The translations under genes and the position numbers were made by a program. A stretch of DNA of 64,000 nucleotides from positions 12,524,001 to 12,588,000 of the forward strand of contig OZ024758.1 of assembly GCA_964016885.1 (NCBI GenBank), written 5' to 3'. Shown in pieces: positions 13,186 through 25,701 of the stretch; position 1 is the first letter of the stretch, and each line of letters starts with the position of its first letter. This DNA is from Eledone cirrhosa. Its lineage: Eukaryota. The notes under the pieces are model-generated. The model was not told where the DNA came from and did no database searches. It saw only the letters and a list, made by a program, of their open reading frames with translations.

Positions 13186-14761
13186 ACACTGGGATAATTG
13201 CTGGCCTTGTGCCTAAAGTGGAAACATTTATTATTATTAATATTATTATTATACACTGGGATCATGCTTTGCAGCATAGAGTTACGGCTCTTTATGATCT
13301 GAGTTCAAATCCCGCCGAGGTTAACTTTGCCTTTCATCCTTACGGGGTCGATCAAATAAAGTACCAGTCACGCACTGGGGTCGATTTAATCGACTTTTCC
13401 CCTCCTCCAAAATTGCTGGCCTTGTGCCTATATAAGAAACCATTATTATTATACACTGGGATAATTGCTGGCCTCGTGCCTAAATTAGAAACATTTTCTA
13501 AAGCGGGTGGGGGGTGGAGCCGAATAAGGTTCCACGAATTCATTTTTATGTAAAATATTGTGATTATAATATATAACTATAAAGGATGTAATCAAGTGAT
13601 AGATCAGTCATGGGTTTATTGAGGCCCATTTGGCTTTTTAAATGGCACACCTATTTTCAAAATTGCCTTGACATTTTTTAGTATTTACTAGTACGGCTCA
13701 CCTTAAGATCAGTCATTTCCTGTCTGGCCCACTGCTCGAAAAAGGTGGCCCATGCCTGGTATAGATGTTATGAAATAGGAGGCACACCCTTTAAAGACAG
13801 AAATAGTTGTCAGTGGCTGCTGTGAGGAATTGACCCCCATATCTCCCAAATTCTTCTTTTTCTGTCTTTTAAGGGCCCTGACCCTATTTTATTAGCTATC
13901 TGATAGCACCTTTGCAATTGAGTACACCTACATATATCATCATCATCTCATTTTACCTCCGCTTTTCCCTGCTTGCAAGGGTGGGACGGGAACTGAGTCT
14001 GGCTTGATTTCTACAGCTGGATGCCCTTCCTAACACCAACCTCATTTACAGTGAGTGCTGGGTGCTTTTTTTCTGTGGCGCCTACACGTCCACTTTACAG
14101 TGTGGGCTGGGTGCTTTTTTGCCGTGGCACCTCCACGACCACTTTGCAGTGGAATGATATGGACCCCAGTCCCTATCATCTCATTTCTACAGCTGAGTAA
14201 ACTGGAGCAATGGGTTTATGCACGGGTTTATGCACGTCTAAGCGCAATGGTAAATCCAGCACCTGAAGTGACCGATGTATAATGAATGTAAATATAGGCA
14301 TTTTGAGGGAGAGAAAAGTGTAATGCGAGCTGTATATAAGTGACCCATTCAGGAATGTTTGGCTGCGGTTGCAATGATGATGATGGTATCAATGGTGATG
14401 TCAACTGAATGAGTTGATAGCACTCAATATCAACATATAGGATCATCATCATAATCATTTCATTTTACGTCCGCTCTTCCCTGCTTGCAAGGGTGGGATG
14501 GGAACTGATTCTGGCTTGATTTCTACAGCTGGATGCACTTCCTAACACCAACCCCATTTACAGTGAGTGCTGGGTGCTTTTTTGCCGTGGCACCTCCACG
14601 ACCACTTTGCAGTGGAATGTTATGGACCCCAGTCCCTATCATCTCATTTCTACAGCTGAGTAAACTGGAGCAATGTGAAATAAAGTGGCTTGCTCAAGGA
14701 AACAACACATCACCCGGTCTGAGAATTGAACTCACAAACTTTCGATTGCAAGGCCAACAAT

Positions 14762-14796
<35 letters not shown>

Positions 14797-15065
14797 ATGT
14801 GTGTGAGAGTCCCACTTTCAATCAGGGGTAGCAGAGAGTAAGTAAGGTACTCAATACATTAGTAAAGTTTAAACAACAAATTTAATATAGAAATGGCTTC
14901 TGCAGGACGAGAACTGTTTCATTCAAAGGAAATCATCAGGAAATATATTTTCACTTACCTACCACCCCAAACTTTCTTAACCTTTCCCAAACTTCCATGT
15001 AACTACCTGTTCCCGCCATTTCCTGACGAAGGACTTCCGCCTGAAGTGCCAAACCTTCCTTTATA

Positions 15066-15132
15066 TATATATATATTTCGAAGATGCAAAGTTTTATGTA
15101 TAACATAAACTAGAACATGTCCTCTTCAGACA
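15066..15132 (-). ncRNA. Hammerhead motif whose 3' side merges into (TA)n
   Basis: CUGAAGA-GGACAUG...CAUCUUC-GAAA-UAUAUAUA; the 3' strand of stem I is absent. Confidence 0.55.
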
Positions 15133-16559
15133 AATATATATATATATATATGAAGGCGCATGGCTTAGTGGTTAGAGCATTGGGCTTGCAATCGAAAGGT
15201 TGTGAGTTCAATTCTCGGACTGGGTAATGTGTTGTTTCCTTAAGCAAGACACTTTATTTCACATTGCTCCAGTTTACTCAGCTGTAGAAATGAGATGATA
15301 GGACTGGGGTCCCTATCATTTCACTGCAAAGTGGTCGTGGAGGTGCCACAGCAAAAAAGCACCCAGCCCACACTGTAAAGTGGACGTGTAGGCGCCACGG
15401 AAAAAAAAGCACCAAGCACTCACTGTAATGAGGTTGGTGTTAGGAAGGGCATCTAGCTGTAGAAATCAAGCCAGAATCAGTTCCTGTATGAGCAAGACAA
15501 GGTCAGCCGACCGGACACTGACCACAACATGCTAGTGTGGAAGAACGGACGTAAAACGATGATGATGATATATATATATATATTCAAAATAGGGGGCACA
15601 CAGGACAAAGACAATGGAAAAAAAACAACAGTCAACCTTTGGAAATCACTACGGTTTTGGTGCATTAAGGTTGATACAATATATATATATATATATATAT
15701 ATATGCCTAACCCATGCTAGTGTGGAAAAATGGTGGTGGTGATGATGATGATATATATATATATATATTCTCAATGCTAAACGTCCGAGAATTCGGCTTA
15801 CATACACTGTATGGTTGTAATATATTACTGATGAATTTGTGTCATCATCAATTTATCAAGAGCAATGGATTGGCAGTATGAGTAGCACAGAGTTATGGCC
15901 CTTTACGTTCTTAGTTCAAATCCCGCTGAGGTTAACTTTACCTTTCATCCTTACAGGGGGTCGATAAAATAAAGTACCAGTAATGCACTGGGGTAATTGC
16001 TGGCCTTGTGCCAAAAGTAGAAACAATTATTAATTTATCAATCTAAAATTGATAATGTTAAAACCCAACTGTTGATCCAACTATTGACATGTAGTAGTAG
16101 TAGTAGTAGTATTCCTCAATATTGATCTATATAATAATTATTTCCATACCTGTGTCTTGGCTAACAACTGACATATTGTTTTATTTACCATAATTTCTGT
16201 TGGTTATGAGTTATATCCTGTTTATTAATGCCTGATACACAATTTTAACTTTACATTTACTTATCTACTTGACTACTATATCTCTTTAATCGACATCAAC
16301 AAGTAATTTTAAACAAGCGCTACTTTATTAACTAATTTTGTTTTAATCACTTCAGTACACTTACGTATGTGTGGTATGTTAAAAGGAAGGTTTTTATTAC
16401 ATCCTGTGACGAAAGGGCTGTGCTTTTTAACCTAGAATTAAAGATTTATCGTTGGGATTTTTATAGTAACTATAATGAATTGTTAAAACTTAGAGATGTT
16501 ATGCATATTTTTAATGTTCTACTTACTGAATTAATTTTACAGAATAAGTATTAGATGGT

Positions 16560-17390
16560 CTAAAGTCTGTCTTGGGTCTGATACTACCTACCGGTCACAA
16601 CTCCTGGCAGAAAGCTTGTCTTGTTTGCGGTCAACTCCTGGGTTTCCTGCAGGTTGGTTTTGCCTGTAAAATCTGTCAAGCGATTCTTTCCCGAGACATT
16701 CTAACCACATGTCCGTAATATGAGAGCTGTGATCTCTCAATTCGGAGAAGTAGCTGCTCTACCTGGAGTGACTCTCTGATCTCCTTGTTAGCTACACACT
16801 CTGAGTAATGTTACTTCAAAGACCCTCCAGAGGAACCCCATTCCGGCTATTTGGATTCTAACCATGTCTATAGTAACATAACTGTGATCTCTCAATTCGG
16901 AGAAGTAGCAGCTCTACCTGGAGTGACTCTCTGATCTCCTTGTTAGCTACACACTCTGAGTAATGTTACTTCAAAGACCCTCCAGAGGAACCCCATTCCG
17001 GCTATTTGGATTCTAACCATGTCTATAGTAACATAACTGTGATCTCTCAATTCGGAGAAGTAGCAGCTCTACCTGGAGTGATTCTCTGATCTCCAAGCTA
17101 GCTACACACACTGAGTAACATTACTCCTAAGACCAGGGGCGGGGAATTGACAGTATCGGTAGAGAGTCGGACGCCATGCTTTCTAGCATAGTTACGTCCC
17201 TTTACAGTCTGAGTTCAAATCCCGCCGAGGTTGACTTTGCCTTTCATCCTTCCGGGGTCGATAAAATAAAGTACCAGTAATGTACTGGGTAATTGCTGGC
17301 CTTGTGCCTAAAGTAGAAACAATTACTCCTAAGACACTTGAGAGGAACCCCATTTCAGCTGCTTGTACTTGCAATCATATTTCATATTTA
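16560..17390 (-). mobile_element. Degraded RTE LINE 3' fragment with an internal 155-bp tandem triplication, interrupted by a SINE
   Basis: VQAAEMGFL..VLGV and EIRESLQVELLLLRIERSQL on the minus strand; repeat anchors at 16727, 16882 and 17037. Confidence 0.7.
17134..17321 (+). mobile_element. tRNA-derived SINE family S1, full copy with 14-bp target-site duplication ATTACTCCTAAGAC
   Basis: A-box-like TGACAGTATCGG, B-box GAGTTCAAATCC, central gcctttcatccttccggggtcgataaaataaagtaccag (resembles the Deu/Nin-type SINE domain as recalled); TSD at 17120-17133 and 17322-17335. Other S1 copies near 8390-8555(-), 9000-9150(-), 11039-11232, 12684-12815, 13262-13500, 15865-16032, 24140-24305, 29380-29715, 36564-36970 (x2), 38537-38710, 47830-48220(-, x2), 58725-58870(-), 61670-61770(-). 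Confidence 0.88.
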
Positions 17391-17795
17391 CTAACAAATT
17401 CCCTTAAAACATAAAGGGTAGCTATTGAATACTGCAAGGTATTTTGTCGGCTGCTCTACTGCTTCTGTCAGTCCATCACTGTCATATGCGGCCCATCCCA
17501 TCTTTTATTTAACCGCATCACACTTTTCTTTCTTTAAACCATATTTCCAATGAAATACACTACTGATATCTATCAACTAATTCTGAATATTTGAAGAATT
17601 AATTGAAATAATTAACCACTAAACATTCCTTAACAAAAATCTCTAAAATAAAATTATGTGCTGACACCCATTTTTTTTTTCTGTTCAGTGGTTTAGAGGA
17701 GGCTCTCTATTTAGACTTATTTAGTCAAAAAGTTACAGTGAAGCTTTCTACCTCAATTTTCAAACTCCACTTGCTGCGTTCTAAACATACGCTTT

Positions 17796-17813
17796 ATGAT
17801 GGCAGAAACTAAT
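17796..17813 (+). CDS. VAMP7-like, probable first coding exon (MMAETN); the exon likely begins at 17689 with 5'UTR
   Basis: Poly-T/CAG acceptor before 17689, in-frame upstream stop, ATG-ATG, GTAAGT donor at 17814, phase 0 fits the next exon. An alternative start at MIHF in the next exon is possible. Confidence 0.6.
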
Positions 17814-19181
17814 GTAAGTATGAATACTTACTATAAATGAAGCAGGGTAGCTTCATTACTATATAACAGGCAGTATTGAATACTAAAACTAGGGTGGCTT
17901 TTGGTGGGTTGGTAGCAAAAAGGTAATACCAAGACAGTGCATCATCATCATCATCATTAAACGTCCATTTTCCATGCTAGCATGGGTTAGACAGGTTGTC
18001 CAATTTGTGGCAAGTTTATATAGAACTGTTTCTGGCTAGGTTTCTACAGTTCTATATGAGCAAGACATGGTCACCTGTGAACTAAATCCCTTTGTAAAAT
18101 ATTAGTGTATAATTTAAGAGAGACTTGGCTTCTATTTTTAGCAGGTTAAGCAACAATTCATTTATCAAATGAGTTTGTAGACGTGGTACAATGTCATGTT
18201 CTCACTATTGTTTAGTAGCTATAGTAGTTAAGGGGTGAAACACTTGCTTGGGGAAGGCAGGGGGTCTCTTCTCTCAAGACCTTTTGCTGTCCAGCTCTCC
18301 TGAGAGCTTCTTACCACTGACACATGGCTAGACCATGGACATCTGGGTAATATGTCTACATTAGTCACTGTGTATTTGTTTTTATGGTGGTAGGGTGTGA
18401 TTTGAGGATGAGTTGGTTGCTATTTCTGGCAATTCAAGTAAATATGTTGAGGTTCTTAGGAGCAAAAGTTCAGCAAACACCTCCCATTCACAGGTTAACA
18501 CTAAACCACAAGTTCACCAAAACATCTCCCATTCACCCTGTAACACTAAACCCCTTAGATATCAGTCCTCTTACTTTCTGATAAGATATCTAGGTTACAC
18601 TTGTTTAAACAACAGAAGTCATGTGTTTCCTGTCTAAGGTCGACTGACTGTCCACCAAGGAAAATATAGCTGTGCTCTGTATGAATCATGTTCAAGAAGT
18701 GTAATCCTAGCTTTATAGAAGTGACCCATTACCTTATAAATAGAACTCCAGTGATTTGGGGAGAGAAAAATGTAATACTAGCTTTATAGAAATGACGATG
18801 TATAATGAAAGTAACTCTAGGGATTTTGAGGGAGAGAAAAGTGTGATGCTAGTGTATAGAAGTGACCAGTGCCTGATTTAAGAAAAATGAGGCCCTGTGC
18901 TAGTTAAGTTATGAGGTGCCAAACATTTGAACAATTTATTGTAAAAAATCTTTTTGGCAGGAAGATGGGGTCCCATCCCAAGCACAATGGTAAATCCAGC
19001 ACCTGAAGTGACCAATGTATAATGAATGTAAATCTAGGCATTTTGAGGGAGAGAAAAGTGTAATGCGAGCTGTATATAAGTGACCCATTCAGGAATGTTT
19101 GGCTGCGGTTGCAATGATGATGATGGTATCAATGGTGATGTCAACTGAATGAGTTGATAGCACTCAATATCAACATATAGG

Positions 19182-19520
19182 ATCATCATCATTTCATTTT
19201 ACGTCCGCTCTTCCCTGCTTGCAAGGGTGGGATGGGAACTGATTCTGGCTTGATTTCTACAGCTGGATGCCCTTCCTAACACCAACCCCATTTACAGTGA
19301 GTGCTGGGTGCTTTTTTGCCATGGCACCTCCACGACCACTTTGCAGTGGAATGATATGGACCCCAGTCCCTATCATCTCATTTCTACAGCTGAGTAAACT
19401 GGAGCAATGTGAAATAAAGTGTCTTGCTTAAGGAAACAACACATCACCCGGTCTGAGAATTGAACTCACAACCTTTCGATTGCAAGGCCAATGCTCTAAC
19501 CACTAAGCCATGTGCCTCCA
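19182..19520 (-). mobile_element. S2 SINE, full length, in VAMP7-like intron 1
   Basis: Reverse complement of the 1922-2258 family, with head and (ATG)n tail. Confidence 0.88.
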
Positions 19521-19615
19521 GGATGAAACAATCAATGAATTGTGGTACTCAATATCATCATATAGGAATGGTATGAAGAATCTGAACCCTTAATCATGGT
19601 ACTTTATATCAGCTT

Positions 19616-19852
19616 GGTACTCAATATCACCATATAGCAATGTTATCTAGAATCTGCACCCTTCATCAAGGTACTCAATGTCACCATATAGCAATGTTAT
19701 CTAGAATCTAGACCCTTCATCAAGGTACTCAATGTCACCATATAGCAATGTTATCTAGAATCTGCACCCTTCATCAAGGTACTCAATGTCACCATATAGC
19801 AATGTTATCTAGAATCTGCACCCTTCATCAAGGTACTCAATGTCACCATATA
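19616..19852. repeat. 54-bp tandem repeat, about 4.4 copies
   Basis: ggtactcaat at 19616, 19670, 19724, 19778 and 19832. Confidence 0.9.
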
Positions 19853-20384
19853 GGAACTTATGTAAAATCTACATCCTTCTTACTCACCTGCCAATCCCAT
19901 TCATCAGTGCAGTATTTCCTTTACAGGTAGAAAGTTTAGAATATTTACTGTAAGTGTAGGTAAATACTTATTAAATAGTGATATAAATATACCTTGATTG
20001 ATAATTTAAGATTAGTCATAGTCACACATGGAAACATAAAATATACTCTATTGAAATATTTTCTTGAATGAGTATTTCAAGGAAGAAGTTTAAAACTGTT
20101 GTAAACTCAACATTACGCATTAAAATCTGGCTTTCATAAACATCTATATCTTATCTACAAATTCATATCAAGTAGTACATCAAAAAGCACCCAGTACACA
20201 CTGTAAATGTGGTTGGTGTTAGGAAGGACATCTAGCCGTAGAAACGAAGCCAAAATTAGTTCTGTATGAGCAACACGTGGGCATCTAACCTGGCCTATCT
20301 CACAACGGGACAATTTGTCTAACCCATACTAGCAGAGAAAAATGGATGTTAAACGGTGGTGGTGGTGATGATGATGATAGTAGG

Positions 20385-20725
20385 AAACTCTCAGGAGAGC
20401 TGGACAGCAGAAGGTCTTCAGAGAAGAAACTCTGAGGAGTGCTGGACAGCAGAAGGTCTTCAGAGAAGAAACTCTGAGGAGAGCTGGACAGCAGAAGGTC
20501 TTCAGAGAAGAAACTCTGAGGAGAGCTGGACAGCAGAAGGTCTTCAGAGAAGAAACTCTGAGGAGTGCTGGACAGCAGAAGGTCTTCAGAGAAGAAACTC
20601 TGAGGAGAGCTGGACAGCAGAAGGTCTTCAGAGAAGAAATTCTCAGGAGAGCTGGATAGCAGAAGGTCTTCAGAGAAGAAACTCTCAGGTGAGCTAGACA
20701 GCAGAAGGTCTTCAGAGAAGAAACT
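20385..20725. repeat. 42-bp tandem repeat, 8 copies
   Basis: aaactctgaggagagctggacagcagaaggtcttcagagaag; a single inverted relative lies at about 18265-18315. Confidence 0.92.
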
Positions 20726-20883
20726 CCCTCTCTCAAGTGTTTCAGACCATAACTTCTTATTTACAAATTTATATCAGATGGTAAGAAACTTTCAGGAGAT
20801 GCTGGACAGTTGGTTGGGAGGACCCTATAAACACATCCAGTACATAATTTCTGTTGTTATTATTGTTGTTGTTTTTGTTCCAG

Positions 20884-21059
20884 TGTTTGGTGCCAAAAGA
20901 TAGGAAAATGATTCATTTCAGTTGCATCTGTCGAGGAGAGACAATTCTCTGTTCACAGCTGAGATCAACGTCTATGAGAAACTTTGAAGATGTCGTTGCT
21001 AACATGTTGCCAAATATTCCAACACATCAGAACAAATCAACTACATACACATCAGACAA
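20884..21059 (+). CDS. VAMP7-like longin domain exon (CLVPKDRKMIHFSCICRGETILCSQ...NIPTHQNKSTTYTSD)
   Basis: CCAG acceptor and GTAAGT donor; aligns by eye to the VAMP7 longin N-terminus (ILFAVVARGTTILAKH...NFLEV...KIPSENNKLTYSH). Confidence 0.88.
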
Positions 21060-21136
21060 GTAAGTAACTGTAGATCTGTGTCTGTCTGTCTCCCTCTCTT
21101 TGTCTTTCTCCCTTTGTCTCCCTTTGTCTGTCTCTG

Positions 21137-21185
<49 letters not shown>

Positions 21186-21186
21186 A

Positions 21187-21220
<34 letters not shown>

Positions 21221-21333
21221 CATCCCACCCCACTCCACTCCTGGTCATGATTAATCAGGAATTAATATCTGCAGTGGGAAAGTTCTTCTCCAAGGTTTAG
21301 ACAAATATTCTTGTTAAACAGCAGCAGTCGGCT

Positions 21334-22557
21334 ATGTATGTGAGTCTTCCTATTTTGTTGCTACCAATGTTATCCAAGAGACTTAAAGCTGTTTAGCTCC
21401 AGATGTATGTGAGTCTTCGAACTCTGTGCTACCAATGTTGTCCAAGAGACTTAAAGCTGTTTAGTTCCAGATGTATGTGAGTCTTCGGACTCTGTGCTAC
21501 CAATATTATCCAAGAGACTTAAAGCTGTTTAGTTCGAGATGTATGTGAGTCTTCGAACTCTGTGCTACCAATGTTATCCAAGGGACTTAAAGCTGTTTAG
21601 TTCCAGATGTATGTGAGTCTTCGGACTCTGTGCTACCAATATTATCCAAGAGACTTAAAGCTGTTTAGTTCGAGATGTATGTGAGTCTTCGAACTCTGTG
21701 CTACCAATGTTATCCAAGAGACTTAAAGCTGTTTAGTTCCAGATGTATGTGAGTCTTCGAACTCTGTGCTACCAATGTTGTCCAAGAGACTTAAAGCTGT
21801 TTAGCTCCAGATGTATGTGAGTCTTCGAACTCTGTGCTACCAATGTTGTCCAAGAGACTTAAAGCTGTTTAGCTCCAGATGTATGTGAGTCTTCGAACTC
21901 TGTGCTACCAATGTTGTCCAAGAGACTTAAAGCTGTTTAGCTCCAGATGTATGTGAGTCTTCGAACTCTGTGCTACCAATGTTATCCAAGAGACTTAAAG
22001 CTGTTTAGCTCCAGATGTATGTGAGTCTTCGAACTCTGTGCTACCAATGTTGTCCAAGAGACTTAAAGCTGTTTAGTTCCAGATGTATGTGAGTCTTCGG
22101 ACTCTGTGCTACCAATATTATCCAAGAGACTTAAAGCTGTTTAGTTCGAGATGTATGTGAGTCTTCGAACTCTGTGCTACCAATGTTATCCAAGGGACTT
22201 AAAGCTGTTTAGTTCCAGATGTATGTGAGTCTTCGAACTCTGTGCTACCAATGTTGTCCAAGAGACTTAAAGCTGTTTAGTTCGAGATGTATGTGAGTCT
22301 TCGGACTCTGTGCTACCAATATTATCCAAGAGACTTAAAGCTGTTTAGTTCGAGATGTATGTGAGTCTTTGAACTCTGTGCTACCAATGTTATCCAAGGG
22401 ACTTAAAGCTGTTTAGTTCCAGATGTATGTGAGTCTTCGAACTCTGTGCTACCAATGTTATCCAAGAGACTTAAAGCTGTTTAGCTCCAGATGTATGTGA
22501 GACTTCGAATTCTGTGCTACCAATGTTATCCAAGAGACTTAAAGCTGTTTAGCTCTA
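21334..22557. repeat. 68-bp minisatellite, 18 copies, in VAMP7-like intron 2
   Basis: atgtatgtgagtcttcgaactctgtgctaccaatgttatccaagagacttaaagctgtttagctccag; period 21403, 21471, 21539 and so on. Confidence 0.95.
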
Positions 22558-22808
22558 GGTCAACTGTGAACAGATCTCTGATCAAAAGTATTTCAGTCAT
22601 GGCCATTTTACCTTTATTTATTGTGGAGCCTGGACTACAGTATCAAAGCTGAGTCCTCATGCATATCCTCCACAGGTTCCTATCAGAAGTAACCCTCTCT
22701 AAATAATCTAGCTGGATCCCCAAGCAAGACCAATTTTTTAAAATGTATTTTTCATTTATATTATATTTTATTTTTAATTTTTTTTTTTTCATTTCATTTC
22801 ATTTCCAG

Positions 22809-22905
22809 TTACTCATTCCACTGTAAAGTAGAAAATGGTATGTTATTCCTGTGTGCTGCAGACCCAGAGTTGGGAAAACAAGGACCTCATTCATTCCTCG
22901 TAGAA
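22809..22905 (+). CDS. VAMP7-like longin exon (YSFHCKVENGMLFLCAADPELGKQGPHSFLVE)
   Basis: TTCCAG acceptor and GTAAGA donor; matches the longin pattern YLFHYI....VYLCITD...AFNFL.E. Confidence 0.92.
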
Positions 22906-23015
22906 GTAAGATTTCAATATATATATATATATATTTATATTTATCCTGCAAAGTGGTCGTGCTGGTGACAAGACAAAAAGCACTGCCTAACTTGGGTTTA
23001 TAATACAAAACTCAT

Positions 23016-23446
23016 TTAACCCTTTAGTTACCAACCTGGCCAAAACCAGCTCTGGTTCTATGAAATAAAACCACACATTTTAACCCTTTATTTACAAACC
23101 TGGCCAAAACCAGCCCCGGTTCTATGAAATATAGCCACCTATTTTAGCCCTTTATTTATCAACCTTGCCAAAACCAGCTCTGTTTCTATGAAATAAAACC
23201 ACCTATTTTAACCCTTTATTTACCAACCTAGCCAAAACCAGCCCCGGTTCTATGAAATAAAACCACCCATTTTAAATGTTTCCAATTTATATTAAAATCT
23301 TCCAATATAATTTTATATAAGAACCCTACATTAAGTTACTATCTTAGTAATGAAATAATGAATAATTTTAGTAAATCGCTCAAAATTCTTTATTGATTAA
23401 TTAAAATAGTTTATTTCATTAGAAATGCAGTCATAAAAATGTTAAC
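23016..23446. mobile_element. Possible piggyBac-like MITE whose left end is tandemly repeated about 4 times (about 64-bp unit)
   Basis: TTAACCCTTT starts; repeated ggccaaaaccagc..gttctatgaaataaaaccac; degenerate right end ending GTTAA. Confidence 0.45.
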
Positions 23447-23894
23447 AATATTATTTAACAAAGTTAGCTCTCTTGTTTGAGAATTGCTTCCCCTGTAATG
23501 TGTATTATCACTATATTATCTAACAGAAGATACGTGGTTTAGTAGTTAGTGTTGGACTGGATGTCTTTTTTGTTTTGTTGTGACACCAGCACAACCACCT
23601 TACAGGATGGGCTGTGTGTGTAATTTCACTCCGTAAATCATATGAATTAATTCATTCTATATATGAATATATATTTAAGCCTACTCTAAAATATTTTCAC
23701 TTGTAGAGACACAATTGTTGTTGACATTGTTTAGCTACAGCTTATTTTTTAATCTAAAGAATACTCCATCGAAGTAGTTGATAGCTTCTGTTACTTAGAT
23801 GGCCTGATTATCTGTTGTGGTGCTGGTGGTGTTATAAATTTTGTTTCTTCAACATCAGTATTTTATTTGTTTGTTTCTTTTAAATAAATTTTAG

Positions 23895-23996
23895 ATAAAA
23901 AAGACATTTGAGAATGGATCCTTAGCAGCCCGAGCTTCATCTGCTTACAGTCACGAGTTTGACCGAGAGTTTGGACATGTACTTCAGAGAGAAATG
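23895..23996 (+). CDS. VAMP7-like exon (IKKTFENGSLAARASSAYSHEFDREFGHVLQREM)
   Basis: TTTAG acceptor and GTATTG donor, phase 0/0; matches the end of the longin domain (IKKRF...EFSSVL). Confidence 0.9.
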
Positions 23997-24309
23997 GTAT
24001 TGTTGTTGTTATTATTGTTGTCATTTCATTTATCTTGCTTTATGTTCATTTGAGTTATCACCAAGTCACAATGAGTGACCTCAAGAGACAACAAGGTCTG
24101 CCATGTTCAAGAAAAAATCACACAATATTATTAACAACGTGGTGGATTGGCAGAATCAGTAGAGCGTCGCACGCCATGCTTTGCAGCATAGAGTTACAGC
24201 CTATTACGTTCTGATTTCAAATCCCGCCTAGGTCAGCTTTGCCTTTCATCCGTATGGGGTTGATAAAATAAAGTACCAGTAATGCACTTGGGTCAATTTA
24301 ATCGATATA

Positions 24310-24643
24310 TAGGCACATGGCTTAGTGGTTAGAACATTGGCCTTGCAATCGAAAGGTTGTGAGTTCAATTCTCAGACCGGGTGATGTGTTGTTTCCTTGA
24401 GCAAGACACTTTATTTCACATTGCTCCAGTTTACTCAGCTGTAGAAATGAGATGATAGGGAGTGGGGTCCCTATCATTCCACTGCAAAGTGGACGTGGAG
24501 GTGCCACGGCAAAAAAGCACCCAGCACTCACTGTAAATGAGGTTGGTGTTAGGAAGGGCATCCAGCTGTAGAAATCAAGCCAGAATCAGTTCCCGTCCCA
24601 CCCTTGCTAGCAGGGAAAAGCGGACGTAAAATGATGATGATGA
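24310..24643 (+). mobile_element. S2 SINE, full length, in VAMP7-like intron 4
   Basis: Head-to-tail match to the family; near-identical inverted partner of 19182-19520. Confidence 0.88.
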
Positions 24644-24677
24644 TATATGTACATTTTTTGTTTTTTTTTTGTTTCAG

Positions 24678-24836
24678 GAAACTTATTCCAAACCTGGTGC
24701 TGGAAGTGGTATCACCCATTTACAAAGTCAGGTAAATGAAGTGAAAGGTATTCTTACACAGAATATTGAGAAAGTTCTAGAACGTGGAGACAGATTGGAT
24801 GACTTAATGGATAAAACATATGAACTTGAGGAACAG
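24678..24836 (+). CDS. VAMP7-like R-SNARE motif exon (LQSQVNEVKGILTQNIEKVLERGDRLDDLMDKTYELEEQ)
   Basis: TTTCAG acceptor and GTTGGT donor; synaptobrevin-type coiled coil with zero-layer Arg (ERGDRL). Confidence 0.95.
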
Positions 24837-25612
24837 GTTGGTGATAAGATTTCTCTTTAGTTTCTCTCTTATTTCTTTTCTTTACATTTCTTTCTGTCAC
24901 TCTTCTCTCTCATCCCTAGTCTTTTTACTTCACTGTCACCATTGCCACCAACACCACCACCACCACCACCACCACCACCATCACCACCGCCGCTGCTGCC
25001 ACCACCACCACCATCACAACTGCCATCACCACTGCCACCAGCACCAGCACCACTGCCATCATCACCACCACCATTACCACTGCCATCACCGCCACCACCA
25101 CCACCACTGTTGCCATCACTACCACCATCACCACCAACTACCATCACCACCAACTACCATCGTCACCACCATCAACCATCACCGTCACCATCACCACCAC
25201 AACCATCACAACTGCCACCACCACAACCATCACAACTGCCACTGCCACTGCCACCACCACTGCCACCACCACTGCCACCACCACTGCCACCACCACTGCC
25301 ACCATCACCACCACCATTACCACTGCCATCACCGACACCATCACCACTGTTACCACCACCACCACCATCACCACCACCATCACCAACCACCACCACCACC
25401 ACCAACCATCAACACCACCAACACCACCACCACCAACACCACCACCAACACCACCACCAACACCACCACCACCCATCACCACCACCAACCATCAACACCA
25501 CCACCAACCATCAACACCACCATCCACCACCACCAACACCACCACCAACCATCACCACCACCAACACCACCACCACCACCACCACCATCCATAGATTCAC
25601 ACATAACAATAA

Positions 25613-25654
<42 letters not shown>

Positions 25655-25701
25655 TAAAATTTTCTTTTTTTTCTTTTCTTATTGTTTTTTTTCTTTTCTA
25701 G

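Noticed and set aside
20329-22557. 42-bp and 68-bp arrays as CRISPR arrays or repeat proteins
   Set aside because: Head-to-tail repeats with no unique spacers, intronic, eukaryotic context and no cas genes.
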